This document shows positions 26,101 through 39,926 of a stretch of DNA of 64,000 nucleotides, one piece after another (within the stretch, counting starts at the first letter, position 1; each line of letters starts with the position of its first letter). The DNA comes from Protoeuglena noctilucae. Its lineage: Eukaryota. The DNA lies in assembly GCA_958009085.1 (NCBI GenBank), contig OY253674.1, positions 868,001 to 932,000 on the forward strand. The letters run 5' to 3'. A program made the position numbers and the translations under genes. Under the pieces are notes generated by a model. That model ran no database searches. It saw nothing but the letters and a program-made list of their open reading frames with translations, and was not told the origin of the DNA.

Positions 26101-27888
26101 CGGGCCGTGTGGGCTGGAGCCGGCCAGTGACGGAAATGGGGAGATGAGGGGTGACGTCGAGGGGGGTGCGAAGATGGGTGGTGAGGTGGATGGGAATGGC
26201 GAGATGCATGGTGAAGCGGATGGGAATGGGAAGATGGGTGGCGAGGCGGATGGGGTTGCGGGCGCAGAGGTGGTGGCAGGTGCCGACGCTGATGCCGGCG
26301 TGGATGTGAGGGCGGGCCCTGTGTTGGGGAAGGAAAGCCCAGAGACGGTGTCGGTGAATTTCGGGCAGCAGGGGGCCAGAGAAGCGGGGGGTGATGGGCT
26401 GTGTGCGGGCGATGGGGAGGACCAGGTGAAGACGGAAGAGGGCGACAGGAAGGGGCCACTGAGCGTGGCGGTGGTGGCTGCGGAGGGGCAGGGGGTGCAG
26501 GCGGCGGCAGGGGTGGGTGGCGTGCAAGCAGAGGGAGTGGGTGGGGGGCGGACAGAGGGAGTGGGTGGCTGTGAAGAAAAGGCAGGGGCGGGTGGCAAGT
26601 GTGAGGAGAGGGTGAAAGCGACGCAGACTGACAAGGCTGGTGTGGGGCAGGCAGAGGGGGCAGGGGTGGGTCAGAAGAGCGAGGGTGCGGGGCAGGGCAA
26701 TGGGGCGGGCGCGTGCGAGGGGAGGGAGGGTGCGGGGCAGGCAGGGGCCTTCGGGCGTGCTGAGAGCACGGGTGGCGTGGCACGGCCTCGACCGGGTGAC
26801 GTGGCGCGTGCATTCGAGCAGACGAGCTCTGGCACGGAGAGCGACAGTTCCTCTGACATTGAGATCGTGCCCATGAAGCCAAGGCATTTCATTCGCCGCG
26901 AGGGTGGGTCAGGGACCCTGCCTGGGCCCAAGGGTGGCAGTGAGGGCGGCGCGAAGAGTGAGGGTGGCGTGGCAGGGGCGCGACGTGGGGCGAAGGCGGG
27001 GCAGGGCGCTAAGGGGGCTGGGGGCAGAGGGGGCAGGGGCCGGGGTCGGGGCCGGGGGCGTCGGAAGGGCGCAGGCTGGGACTCCGATAATGATTCAAGT
27101 GGGTCAGCTAACGACGAGAGCAGCATGGAAGAAGAGGAGGTGGTGGATGGGGAGGAATGTGCCCCTTACCACGTAGACGTGTTGCGGATTCTGGCGGAGC
27201 TGCCCGAGGCATTGCAGGCCACGTGAGTTGGGGAGGGGTGCATGATGGCACGTGGGTTGGCGATGGGTGCATGGATGGTGGGGAGAGCCTGTGGCAGGAA
27301 GGGCGCTTGGTCTGCCGTGAGCCCTTGTGCCAAGGGATGGTAAATTACTGTGTCAAGGATGTTTGACTTCTCCCATGCCAAAGAGCCTTGACGTGGGCTT
27401 GATAGTACAACATGATTGTATCATCACAGTCGAGTAACTTCCCTCGCAGCATGGTGGAGCATTTCGCTTTGCTCTGCGTTGATGCCAAGGATTACGGCAA
27501 CGTGGCGCGCTTCACCAACCACAGCTGCGACCCCAACTGCGTCGTCCAGGCAAGTGACCATCGCTCGTGTCACATGAGTGCCCATCTGTACATGTCATCA
27601 TGTGAACCTGCTGCAGTCCCGCCCATCACTGCTTTGCGCCGTGCGTCGCGAGCCCTTGGCTCGCCTCCCACCTACCCATGCTGTCCTCTTCTCTCGCAGG
27701 CCGTCATCACGCCCGAATGCAACAAGGTTTTCTACCGCCTCGGCATCTTCGCATCGCGTGACATACCGGCGATGGAGGAGCTCACATACGATTACAATTA
27801 CACCGCAGAGGCGATGGAGCGGGTCATGGGGGGCTGCCGGTGCGGGGCGCCCAATTGCATGCATCGTTCCAAGCAGGGGCAGGCGTAG
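23107..27888 (+). CDS. SUVH: SUVH-type histone H3K9 methyltransferase (SRA/YDG + pre-SET + SET + post-SET) with a large insertion in SET
   Basis: SRA motifs GVPPG...NGGYEEDEDSGAEFTYTG and PVRVVR...YHFDGCYRI; pre-SET start DITGGLEKVPIP; SET motifs KGWGVR...ICEYVG and DAKDYGNVARFTNHSCDPN...ELTYDY; post-SET CRCGAPNC. Nine introns, two of them GC-AG. Confidence 0.9.
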
Positions 27889-28139
27889 GCGCCGACGAAC
27901 GTGATGCGACTGTTTGCCGAGGCCGATGCGTGCGGGTATGCTCGCGATTGGCGGCGGCGCTACCTTTCCCTGCACAGCTGGGCTGCTTGGTGTCATGGCG
28001 CAATCTCGCGCATAGCATTGGTACTGCGAGACTCGCAAACCTCCTCTGCCTGGCCTGGTCAGGTGGAGCTTCAACGGACGCCGTTGGGCTGGCGAAAGGG
28101 CGCTAGGATGCAAAGGTGTGCACGGCACCTGTCCGCGCC

Positions 28140-28675
28140 TCAGCTGGAGGGCGGTCCAATCACAAACACGAACAGCACGAATAACCCCACCACGGCGGCC
28201 CCCATGAGCGCGAAGAACCACGGCTGGCTCCACACGTCGAGGAGTAAGGACTCCTGCTTGCGGATGCGGGCCTGGGTGGAGTCTTTGGGCCTGAAGCGGC
28301 TCCCTGAGGCCGGGCCGGACACGTAATCGCTGGGGCCCTTGGTGCCCGCCGAGGCGCCCGTCACGCTGCGGCGGACGTCGTCCCACGCTTTGTCCTGCAA
28401 CAGCGGGAAGCGGACCGGCCTGAGTTAGCAGTGTGTCACCGAGGAGGCGCCCCATGCATCGCGCGGTCACGCGAAGACTGAATTTGAATCTAGTCACGCC
28501 GCTCGGGCATCGTGGCGCGTCGCGGCGTCGTGCGCGGTTTGCAGGCGCCGTCACACACTCCGCGTCCCACCGCCCCCCCGAGAGCCTCACCCAGTTGACG
28601 CCCCCGTTCTTCGAGTCATCCTTCTCCGCAAGTGCAACCGTTTTAAGCAAACGCGACCTGCGCGGCGAGGCCATA
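28140..28675 (-). CDS. Small single-pass membrane protein, possibly plastid-localised
   Basis: Spliced VNW|DKAWDD...RIRKQESLLLDVWSQPW followed by the hydrophobic FFALMGAAVVGLFVLFVFVIGPP. The 5' end is uncertain. Confidence 0.6.
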
Positions 28676-29316
28676 CCCAACGATCGCGGCGGAATCGCCG
28701 CTGAAGCTCCACGTCACCAAGCCAGCCGCGCTGCGCGATGCAGTGGCTATTTGCCACGGATGTGATGAACCACGTTACATGAGACAATCTTGTATCAGGA
28801 TGTGTCCAGCACTGCTCGTCCCAGGTGGTCGGCGCTTCGCGGCGAGGCCTACCTAGGCTGTGCCGAGGGTCGAGGGGCGCAAAAGCCTCCCCGGGCCGCC
28901 AGTTCCATGCTAGTCTCGGTCCTTGGATTTCCTGCAAGACCCCGTGCAACCAACGAGCGCATCCTTTCACAGAGGCCCTGCTGTTTCCTCCCACCGCGAC
29001 GTCTGTGGCGAGCCGAGCGCAGATGTCACTGCCACGGGCAGCATGTAGTAACAGCACGACTGAGGGGCAATCTCAGTCTGGAGGCTAGTGCTAAAGCAGG
29101 CGACTCGGCAAAAGTGGGGAGACCCTGGGGAGGCTGGCGCCAGGCAAGCTCCGCAAGCTCCATCAGCTGTGACGACGACGCCAACGCCCAGCTGTCCTTC
29201 TCATCTGCAACCCTGCGCTGGCAATCGCGTGGGTGGATCGCCCAATCGGATTGGACAGCAGAGAGATCGCTTGCCTGTCGACGCAAAGTGATTTTTGCTA
29301 ACAGAGACTGTGGAGC

Positions 29317-31122
29317 ATGCGCCTGATTACGTTCAACATCAACGGCATCGGGACTGCCCAGGAGAGCATCAAGTCGCGGCACGGAAGCCTGGGGAAGTTC
29401 TTCAGCGAGGTCCTGAACGCGGACGTCCTGTGCCTACAGGCGAGCGCTGTTACCAGCTCTGTAAACGTATTCGCGCGCAATCAGTTGTGACACACATCAC
29501 ATTACAAAGCCTGCGTCGCAGGAGACGAAGCTGTCGGAGGACAGGCTCACGAAAGCGCTGGCGTGTGTCGAGGTGTGGGAGCGCGGAGCCGCTGGGTGTT
29601 TCGCGGTGTCTCGCCGCTGAGACTGAAGTACTGGCGTCTCTCCTCGCAGGGCTACGAGAGCTTCTGGGCGATTAGCAAGACGAAGAAGGGCTACTCGGGG
29701 GTGGCGACGTACGTGAGGGAGGGCCTCGCGGCGCAGGAGGCGCTCATCGACTTTGTAAGCGCATCCGGGGGACCAGAGGGGAGGTCCATCGCCACGTTTC
29801 ACCAGAACCTCGTCATCGTGAACGTGTACGTCCCGAATGGGTGAGGGCGTCGCACCTGACGGGGGCAAGGAGGAGGCTAGTCCATTGTTAGGCCATTGCC
29901 TGGGCCTGCTGGTCGCGACGGGCAGGGTGTGGTACGATGCTAAGTGTGGTTCCTCAGTGCACTTGCCCCTGCAATCCCCAGGGGCGAGCCGGAGCGGGGG
30001 AAGGGACCGTCGAGCAAGCCGAGGCTGGGGTACAAGATGGCGTTTCTGACGGAGCTGCGGGAGCGCTGCGACGCCTGGGTGGCACAGGGCAGGGACGTCC
30101 TGCTCGTTGGGTGAGGCATACCCCCGTACCTGCGCCAGACATGAGATGTTGTCGATACGCCGTCTGCAGCCACGCTGGTTTGCTCGAACGCACGCAGAGA
30201 TCTGAACGTGCCCCGAAGTCAATTGGATGTCTACGCCGAGCTGGACGTGGCGACGCGGTACACGCCGGCCGAGCTCGCCTGGGTGAATGGAATGGCGGAG
30301 AGCTACGTGGATGTATTCCGCGCCAAGCACCCCGGGCAGCCGGGGCACTACACGGTGTGGGACGAGCGGCGGTCCCTGCGGCCGGTCAACAAGGGCCTGA
30401 GGATAGACTACGTGCTTGCGTCCGCCGGCCTGCGGGATGCGGCGGCGGCGGGAGAGGCGCGCATCCTGGCAGGGCAGGACCCCATTTCCTGGAGTTGGTC
30501 GGACCACGCCGCAGTGCTCTGCGACTTCCCTGGGCTGGAGGACCGCGTGCGCGCGGCGGACGGGCAGAGGCCGTGCGCGGGATCGTCCCGATCGGACGCC
30601 CGATTCTCTTCGCGAGGGCAGCTGTCCCTGACAAGCATGTTCGCAAGGGCGGGCGCGGGTGGTGCGGGTGGCCGTGGCGGGGGTGTCGCGGGGGGCGGGG
30701 CACGAGGGGCACCGGGTGTGACAAGAGGAGAAGTGGGTAAGGAGGCGGAGGAGGGTGGGTTGAAGGAGGCGGAGGTGGGGTTGAAAGAGGCGAGGGAGGG
30801 AGACAGGGGGGGAGATGCGGGTGCGTCGACGGTCTTGCTGGCAGCGGGCAGTGAGACGGCCAGTCAGAATGGGCGGGGAGCCGGGCCCGGCAGGATGGAA
30901 GCGGGTGCAGAGGGCGGGGGTACGGCGGGGGTACAAGGGGGGGTAGTGAGCGAGGGCAGGAGGACAGAGGGAGCGGGGAAGGTGGGAAAGCGCAAGGCGG
31001 TGCAAGAGGCGGGGCCAGCGCGGAAGAGCAGGGGTGGTGGGAAGGGGGCAGGGCGAGGGCGTGAGGGCGGCCGAGGGCGTCAGGAGAGTCTTACCAAGTT
31101 CTTTGGGTCGCAGGGGGACTAG
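29317..31122 (+). CDS. APE2: ExoIII-family AP endonuclease, APE2/Apn2-like, with C-terminal PIP box
   Basis: Motifs MRLITFNING, VLCLQ|ETK (GC-AG intron 29440..29521), GYSGVATYV, NVYVPN, VG|DLNV, GLRIDYVL and SDHAAV; C-terminal QESLTKFF. Confidence 0.88.
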
Positions 31123-31157
31123 CATAGATGCGTGCATGCGGTTCAAGAGGTAAAGCG

Positions 31158-31816
31158 TTACTGGGAGCTCTCCGGCACAGGCTTGGAGCGCAAGAGGTCG
31201 CGTCTGGTGTTCCAATTGACGGCCTCGGTTCCCAGGGCGTAGAGAAACGTGTACCATGCGATAGCAGACGACAGCATGCAGCAGGCTGCGCACGCGGAGG
31301 CCAGGGCTGGGGATGAAAACGAGAGCTGGGAGACGATGGGCACGGACGCTGTGGTGGCTGCAGTGAAGAGGGCTGCGACGACCGTGTTGGCGCGGTAGTC
31401 GTAGACGCGGAAGACGGCGACGAGGCGGAGGATGTGGAGGACGAAGGACGCGGCGCAGAGAGCGACGGCCTGCGCCCAGGCACCCGCGCCAGGGTCTGCG
31501 GCCTGCCAGACGAGGGCCGCAGCGATTGGGGGCAGCACGGTGCCACCCATAAAGACCATCTGGCTGGCCCAGTGGGGCTCCTTGAAGGGCAGTTGCCGCT
31601 GCCTCTTGCGGAATTCGCGCAGTTCCCGGGGCATGCCGCGGAGGGTCACCGCCATCCTGCAGGCACCGATTGCGGCATTCGCTATCTAGGTATGACCTAC
31701 GCTTCATGATTACGGTAGGCTCATGCTCACGTGGCCATAGATACGACGACAGCAGCAGTGGCTGTGCCCGCGAGGGTCCAGGTCAATTCCGGGGCCGCAA
31801 CGACGACCTTCGCCAT
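31158..31816 (-). CDS. Multi-pass membrane protein, TspO/MBR-like (tentative)
   Basis: Two exons (intron 31657..31730) give about 5 hydrophobic helices; LPFKEPHW...AAALVW resembles the TspO pattern. Confidence 0.5.
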
Positions 31817-32505
31817 CCCCGCAGCCCCCGTCGCGCAATTTCGATTCCTTCTCCCATCGCGTGACTGCGGACGGGGTCGGACGCACTCTCCACCGCGCAT
31901 CGGTGCTCGGCAGCAGACCCCGCGATGCCCCGCGATGATCTCATCTTTTCGCGACCTACCAGCGGCAGGCGATGTGCGCTGCCCCTCGGCGCCCACGACG
32001 CCGACCTGGCGCTAATCCCTGTTCCTTGATGACATGTTGGTCGCAAGGTCAGCGGTTTGAGAGTCGGCATTGCGCCGCTCTTCGCCCTTCACGCGTGGCC
32101 GAGGGAGGGCTTGCATACTGGAGCCACGTTCAAGCGTGGCGCAGAACACAAACGGGGGGTCACATGTCTGACGCTGGAAATGTCTAGTCATACTGAAAGC
32201 AAACTGTCAGGCCACAGCCTGACATAGGGCGCCTGACCCACAAAGGAAACGACGTGGGGGCTGTTTATCTGTAAACTGCACCCGGATGGGCCAACCAAGC
32301 GCAAAACAAAAAAAACCTCGTCAACACCTGTGCTGCCAAAGCCGGCATCCCTGCCTTCTTCGGTCCAAAAGACTGTGCTATCCAAACCAATCCTGTTAGT
32401 CCAGTCCTGTTAATATGCCTCTCTCTCCATCTCGTGTGTACAGCCGTGCCATGACGGGTCGGTGCACTCTTGGCCCACTCGCTGTCGGCTCAGCCCACCG
32501 CCGAC

Positions 32506-35500
32506 TCAGCCCGCGTGGGCGCCCGCTGGGAGCCGCTCGACGGCGTCGATGACGTGGCTGCTGCCGGCCCCGGGGAACAGGTCCCCGTGCACCAGCGTGG
32601 GCGACGCGTTGCTCGACACGTTGGGGAGGGCCATGTCCCCGTCGTCGGGCAGACGGTCCTGCATCAGCTGCTTGCTCAGCGCGTCGATCTGCGGACGGGA
32701 AGCCGACGCGACGCGATCGCGATCCACTCTTAGTGGGGCCGGGGTGCGATGGGTCGCATGCTGCCCCGCGTCACGTTGCACTGCGGTTGATTCCCCCATC
32801 TCACCTTGGCCCCCTGCTCCTGCAGCGCCGCCTCGACGTCCACCGCGTCGGGCCCGTCGTCCGCGTGCCGCACCGACGTGGCGCCGCCCTCCGCTGCAGC
32901 CGCGCCCGCCACGGCGCCCTCGCACAGCGCCGTCGGCGCTGCCGACCCGACCGGCACGGGAGCCTCCATGGCCGCCGGCTCCCCGTTCCCCGAGAAGCCC
33001 GCGGCGACGGGCGCCATCGCCGGCGCCGCCCCGGCCCCCGCGAGCCCCAGCAGCGCCTCGATGCGCTCCAGGCGCACCGCCACCGACCGCTCCAGCACCG
33101 TCATGGCCTCGAACACCCGCCCGATGGCCCTCTCCGCCGCGTCCGCCCGCGCCGCGGACTCGACGGACATCTGCTCCACGCGGCCCACCAGCGCCGCCTC
33201 CCGCGCCAGGACCTGCTCGTACCGCGAGGCCAGGTCCGACACCACCGCCTCCGCCGCCGCACGCGCCTCCTGCCCCAGGCCCTGCATCTCCGCGCGGAAG
33301 CCCCCCAGCTCGGCGCGCGTCGCCTCGTACGCCGCCTGCGCCTCCCGCTGCAGCGCCGCCAGGTCCCCTGCCTGACGGTACCCCTGCATCACCGCCTGCG
33401 CGTCCTGCTTCAGCTGCGGGAGCGGAGGGCGGCGCCGCGTTCCGACATCGTTAGGAATAAACTTCGCGCACGGCACCGCATCCCGAGCAGGTCGTCGGCT
33501 TGAGCGGCCCCGCACTGCACGCTCCGCCCCGGAGTTCCCCGCACTGTTGCGCACTCGCCTTGGTCATGAGCATGCGCATCTGGCGCGCCTCGTTGGCGTC
33601 CACGTTGCCGGGCATCTCACGCGGCGGCTGGTCGACGCGCTCGATCCAGTAGATCATGTGCCCCTGCTGGTCGTGCACGCGGCGCACCACCTGGCCGTTG
33701 ATCACGCTGCTGTCGGGCATGTGACGCAGCAGGTGGTCCAGAAGACCTGCGAGCGGGCCGAGCCACGCGGCGTGACGTGGAGGCGGCGGGCGTGGCCACC
33801 CAACAGCCCTGATACACGGTGAGTGAGTGTTCCGACCATACACAGTATGTGCCACCCCGATGACACCTCACCCGTGTCGCCCACGACCTTGCGGGCCTCC
33901 TCCCTCAAGCTGGGCCTCAGCACAGCGCGGTCAGGAGACGTGGCCCCAATCACGTGCATCACGTCCATCAGAGAGCGCTGGCCCGTCTCGTACCGCTCGC
34001 GCGACCACTGCGGACGCGCACCACAGCGGCCGCAGTCAGCCCCTGCCATGTCAGTGCCAGTGCAGCCCCGCGCTTCCCTCCCAGCCCGAAGCAGGGATCT
34101 GGCAGCGCCTCACCCGGCTGCGCAGGTCCTTGGGGAGCAGGAGCACGTGCTCGTCCCGGTCGTCCGCGGCCAGGCTGGGCGCCGACGCGGGGCTCTGGAG
34201 GCCTCGGGGCGCCTCCTGCGCGCTCCCGGCGGCGCGGACCTCGTATCCCTCCTCGCCCAGCCGCGCGCGCTTCATGGCGCGGGCGGCGCCGTCGTCCGCC
34301 CAGGCCAGGGCACTCTCGGGGGCCACCGGGGCAGCCGACGCGCCTTGGGGCTCGGCATGGAGTGGTCCCGCCGCGGTGCCGGTGGCGGGCTCCTGCGCCT
34401 CCGCGGGCGCCACGGGTGTGGCAACCGTGTCCGGCGTCGCCTGCCCCGGCGCGGAATGCGCCGAGGAGGGGCGCTCCAGCACCTCCCCCGCCGCGGACTC
34501 CTGCACCACCACCTGCCCGGCCCCCGCCGCCGCCTCTTCCGGCAGCTTCTCCAGCGCTGCCCTCGCGGCCTTCATCTCGGCCTGCAGGGCCAGAGCCTTG
34601 GCCCCTACGGACATCTCCAGGTCCCGGACGTAGGCCGCCACGGCCCCCGACACGCTCTGGTAGGTGTGGAGGTTGAGCATGCGCATGGCCCAGCCCTTGC
34701 GGTCGGCCGAGCTCCGCGCGGCGCCCTTGACCGGCACGGCCAGCGCGTCGTCGAGCTCGACCATCGTCACGGCCACGTCGCGGATGGTGCGGGCCGCCAG
34801 GGACCGCCCCACCCACGCGGCCCGGCGCGAGGGCCACTCGGGGACGAAGGCGTCGGCGGGGATGGCCTTCTCGACGGCGAGGAGCGTCTCTACCAGAGAC
34901 TGCGCCGTGTTGAGGCCGCCCCGGGAGGACGTGACGCCCTCGCGCACCGACCCGCTCCCGGAGCGCGGGAGGGCGGGGGAGGCCGGGGCGGAGCACTTGG
35001 TGCCGGAGGACGGGAGGGGGCGCGCGGCCGCCGCGGGCTTGGGTTTGGGAGCCGACTGGGGCGTCCGGGTCTGCGGGCGTGGGCGGCGGGATGCAGCGCA
35101 TGGGTGGTGCGCATGGCAGGCAGCGTGCATGGCGACCAGTACCATGCTACCATGCCATACGCAGTAGCGGCGGGGTTCTGCAGGCGGCTTCGGCCTCACG
35201 TGTTTCATCGACCCAGCGGCATGGAGGAGCAACTCTGCCGCGCGCGCCTCCTCGGCAGCAGCCATGACCCCGGCGTGCGAGGGGTGGGCCCCCTTGCTCA
35301 AGGCCGCCATGAGGGGGTCCCCGTACGCCGAGGGAGTAGGGGGAAGGAACCCTGGCAGACCAGGCATCGAGAACTGCGCGCGGGGGGCGGCAAGAGCGGG
35401 TTGGGAGTGGCGCTAAGGATGAAGGGTCGTGGACATCAACACAACGCCGGGCTCGCGAGGGTGGGCACGCACCTGGGGCGCGGTGCGGAGGTACTCGGAG

Positions 35501-36683
35501 GCGTTGAAGTACCCGGAGTAGCCTGCGCCGTAGGAGCTGGACGGGACAGGCGCGGGGTTGTGGGGGAGGCTCCACGCACCCCCCATGGGGCCGAGCATGC
35601 TGGGCATGAAGGCCTGCTCGGGCCGCTGGAAGTCAGCGAAGCGGTTTTGCTGCGGGGTGACGGGGAGATCAGCCCTTTGCACGCCGCAAATCACTGGCAG
35701 GGGGGTTCTACAGAGAGGCGCTGGGCGCCCTCTGTGAGGACTCGCAGGGGTGCTCACCTCGGCGAGGTCGACGAGGCCAGTGCGCGGGGAGTAGAGCGAG
35801 CGCAGGAGGTACGTGTCGGGCTCCGGGCCGCCCTTGGCCACCTCCTCGCGCCACTTCTCCGGGCCCAGGACGCGGATGCGGTGGCGCAGCGACCCGGTGG
35901 GGACCTGGACGACGTCGAACGTGTCCACGAGCTCGTTCGGCGTGAGGACGAGGCATTTGCCCGCAATCTCGTTCACCTGGCCGGCGGTCAGGAGGAGCCT
36001 GCGGGTGGCCGGGCAAGGCGCGGCGTCGCTCGACCTCGCGTGCGTATCCGGCGAATCTTCCGCGCCTCAGCGCAAGATGCGGCTACCATCGCGCGCTCGG
36101 GCGCATTCTTGCGCGCTCCCGGCCGGCAAGAAGGCCTCACCTGACATCTACCATGCCGTTGGGCCGCGTCTGCAGCATGGCGCCAAACTTGGCCCGGATG
36201 GGCAAGTTGGTGTCGTCGATAGCAACGCAGTATTCTGCGGGCGGCGCGGCGGGGAAAGACGCGGTCGGGAAGCGCACGTTCCGGTCAAGAGTGCCACCAA
36301 ACGCCCGCCCCACTTATGCCCTCTCAGCGGCCGGTGCGCTCCCGCGGCCCGATCTGCGGCCCCGTTCCCGAGTTTAACGCCAATCACAACGACCCGCGCG
36401 AGCAACGCCGGCCCGCAGGCCGGCCGCGAGACTCGCGGGCCCTTCGAGGGCGTCGGAAATCGGCCCCCGGACGACGCCACCCACGGAAGAGCCCCCAACG
36501 CCGATAGGACCCGTCTTCGCGAGCGGCCAGGACGCCGCCGGACCGCGTGCGGTGCCTCCACAGCTCCCTTGCCGCGGTCCGGGCTCCCCGCGGCCGCGCG
36601 GCCCAGCCGGAGCCAGTTCGGCGCGTCGGACGGCCGAAAAGTGAGCCGCAGCCGCGCTCACCTGCCCGTGGGGCGTCGCGCAT
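32506..36683 (-). CDS. SWI1/DYAD/AMEIOTIC1-domain protein with N-terminal BAH-like and WHIM-like segments and C-terminal coiled coil
   Basis: Spliced R|WSRERYETGQRSLMDVM...LRPSLREEARKVVGDTG|LLDHLLRHM...RRVHDQQGHMIYWIE matches the DYAD/AM1 signature (WSxERY, IGDTGLLDHLLKH, YWLE). Exon phases are continuous from about 36234; the start is uncertain. Confidence 0.8.
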
Positions 36684-37253
36684 GAGCGTGGGCTGGGCCT
36701 GCAAGCGAAACGGAGGTACGAGGACGCTGAACGGGCACGGAGAGACGCCCCGGGTTTTCATTATGCAATAAGTTGGCGCACGGACCAGGTTGCGGCAGGC
36801 GAGCGCCGCGGCAGCCGTGGATCCTCGCCTGCATTCCAAGGTCACCGCCGAACGGCGGAGTTCGGGACAGCATGACGGCGGATCCAGTTGCTCTATCTAG
36901 ATGTGAACAGCGCGTGCGAGAAAGGCGCGCAGCGTGGCTTCTCTGAGCTACAACGACTCATCAACGACCACAGAACATCTCAACCTGTATCTGCTGCCTA
37001 AGACGATCATCCGACGATCGATTAGTGCGCCGCCACGATCGCGAGGGGGGCGATCCACGCACCAGGGCCGGCAGTCATGCCCTGACTCGGGGATCGTCGA
37101 CGGGATCGGTCAGCCATCCGCGACGAGGGAGTGCCGTGTCGACACGAAAGGCATCAGAGATTGTCAGCAACAAGAGATCGCTCTGCAGGCGCGGCGCATT
37201 GCCTCAGGACCCGCCGTCGCTCCGACCTCGTCCCGGCACGCCTCCCGCGCGAG

Positions 37254-39508
<2,255 letters not shown>

Positions 39509-39926
39509 ATCATTCGATGCTGAAGCAGTGCTCTGGGGTGCTCTCTTCGTGAGAAAGCGATGCGAGACGCATTCGCTGTTTTCAACGTGTGAGCGGGAGC
39601 GCTCGGGGGGTTCAGGCTATCGTTTCACTACTACCCGCAAAAGGGGGGGCCAACGCAAAGGGCTCTTGCCGTGGAACACCCCGCGACCACCGCGGGCGGC
39701 ACCCAGGCGCCCGGTGCTCCGCGACTCCGGCACCACGCCAATCGCTGAGAACACGCGTGCCGCACGTGTGCCTCCGAAGCTAGGACACAGCAGACGCATT
39801 GGGGCCTTCTGTCAGACAAAGCTCTGCCGACGCGCTGAGCAGGAGCGGACGGCGCCGTGTCCGGGCCCTGGGGACCCTGGTTGGGTCTCCGGCACGCCAA
39901 GGCACAAAGCCCAAGGCGCACGCAGC

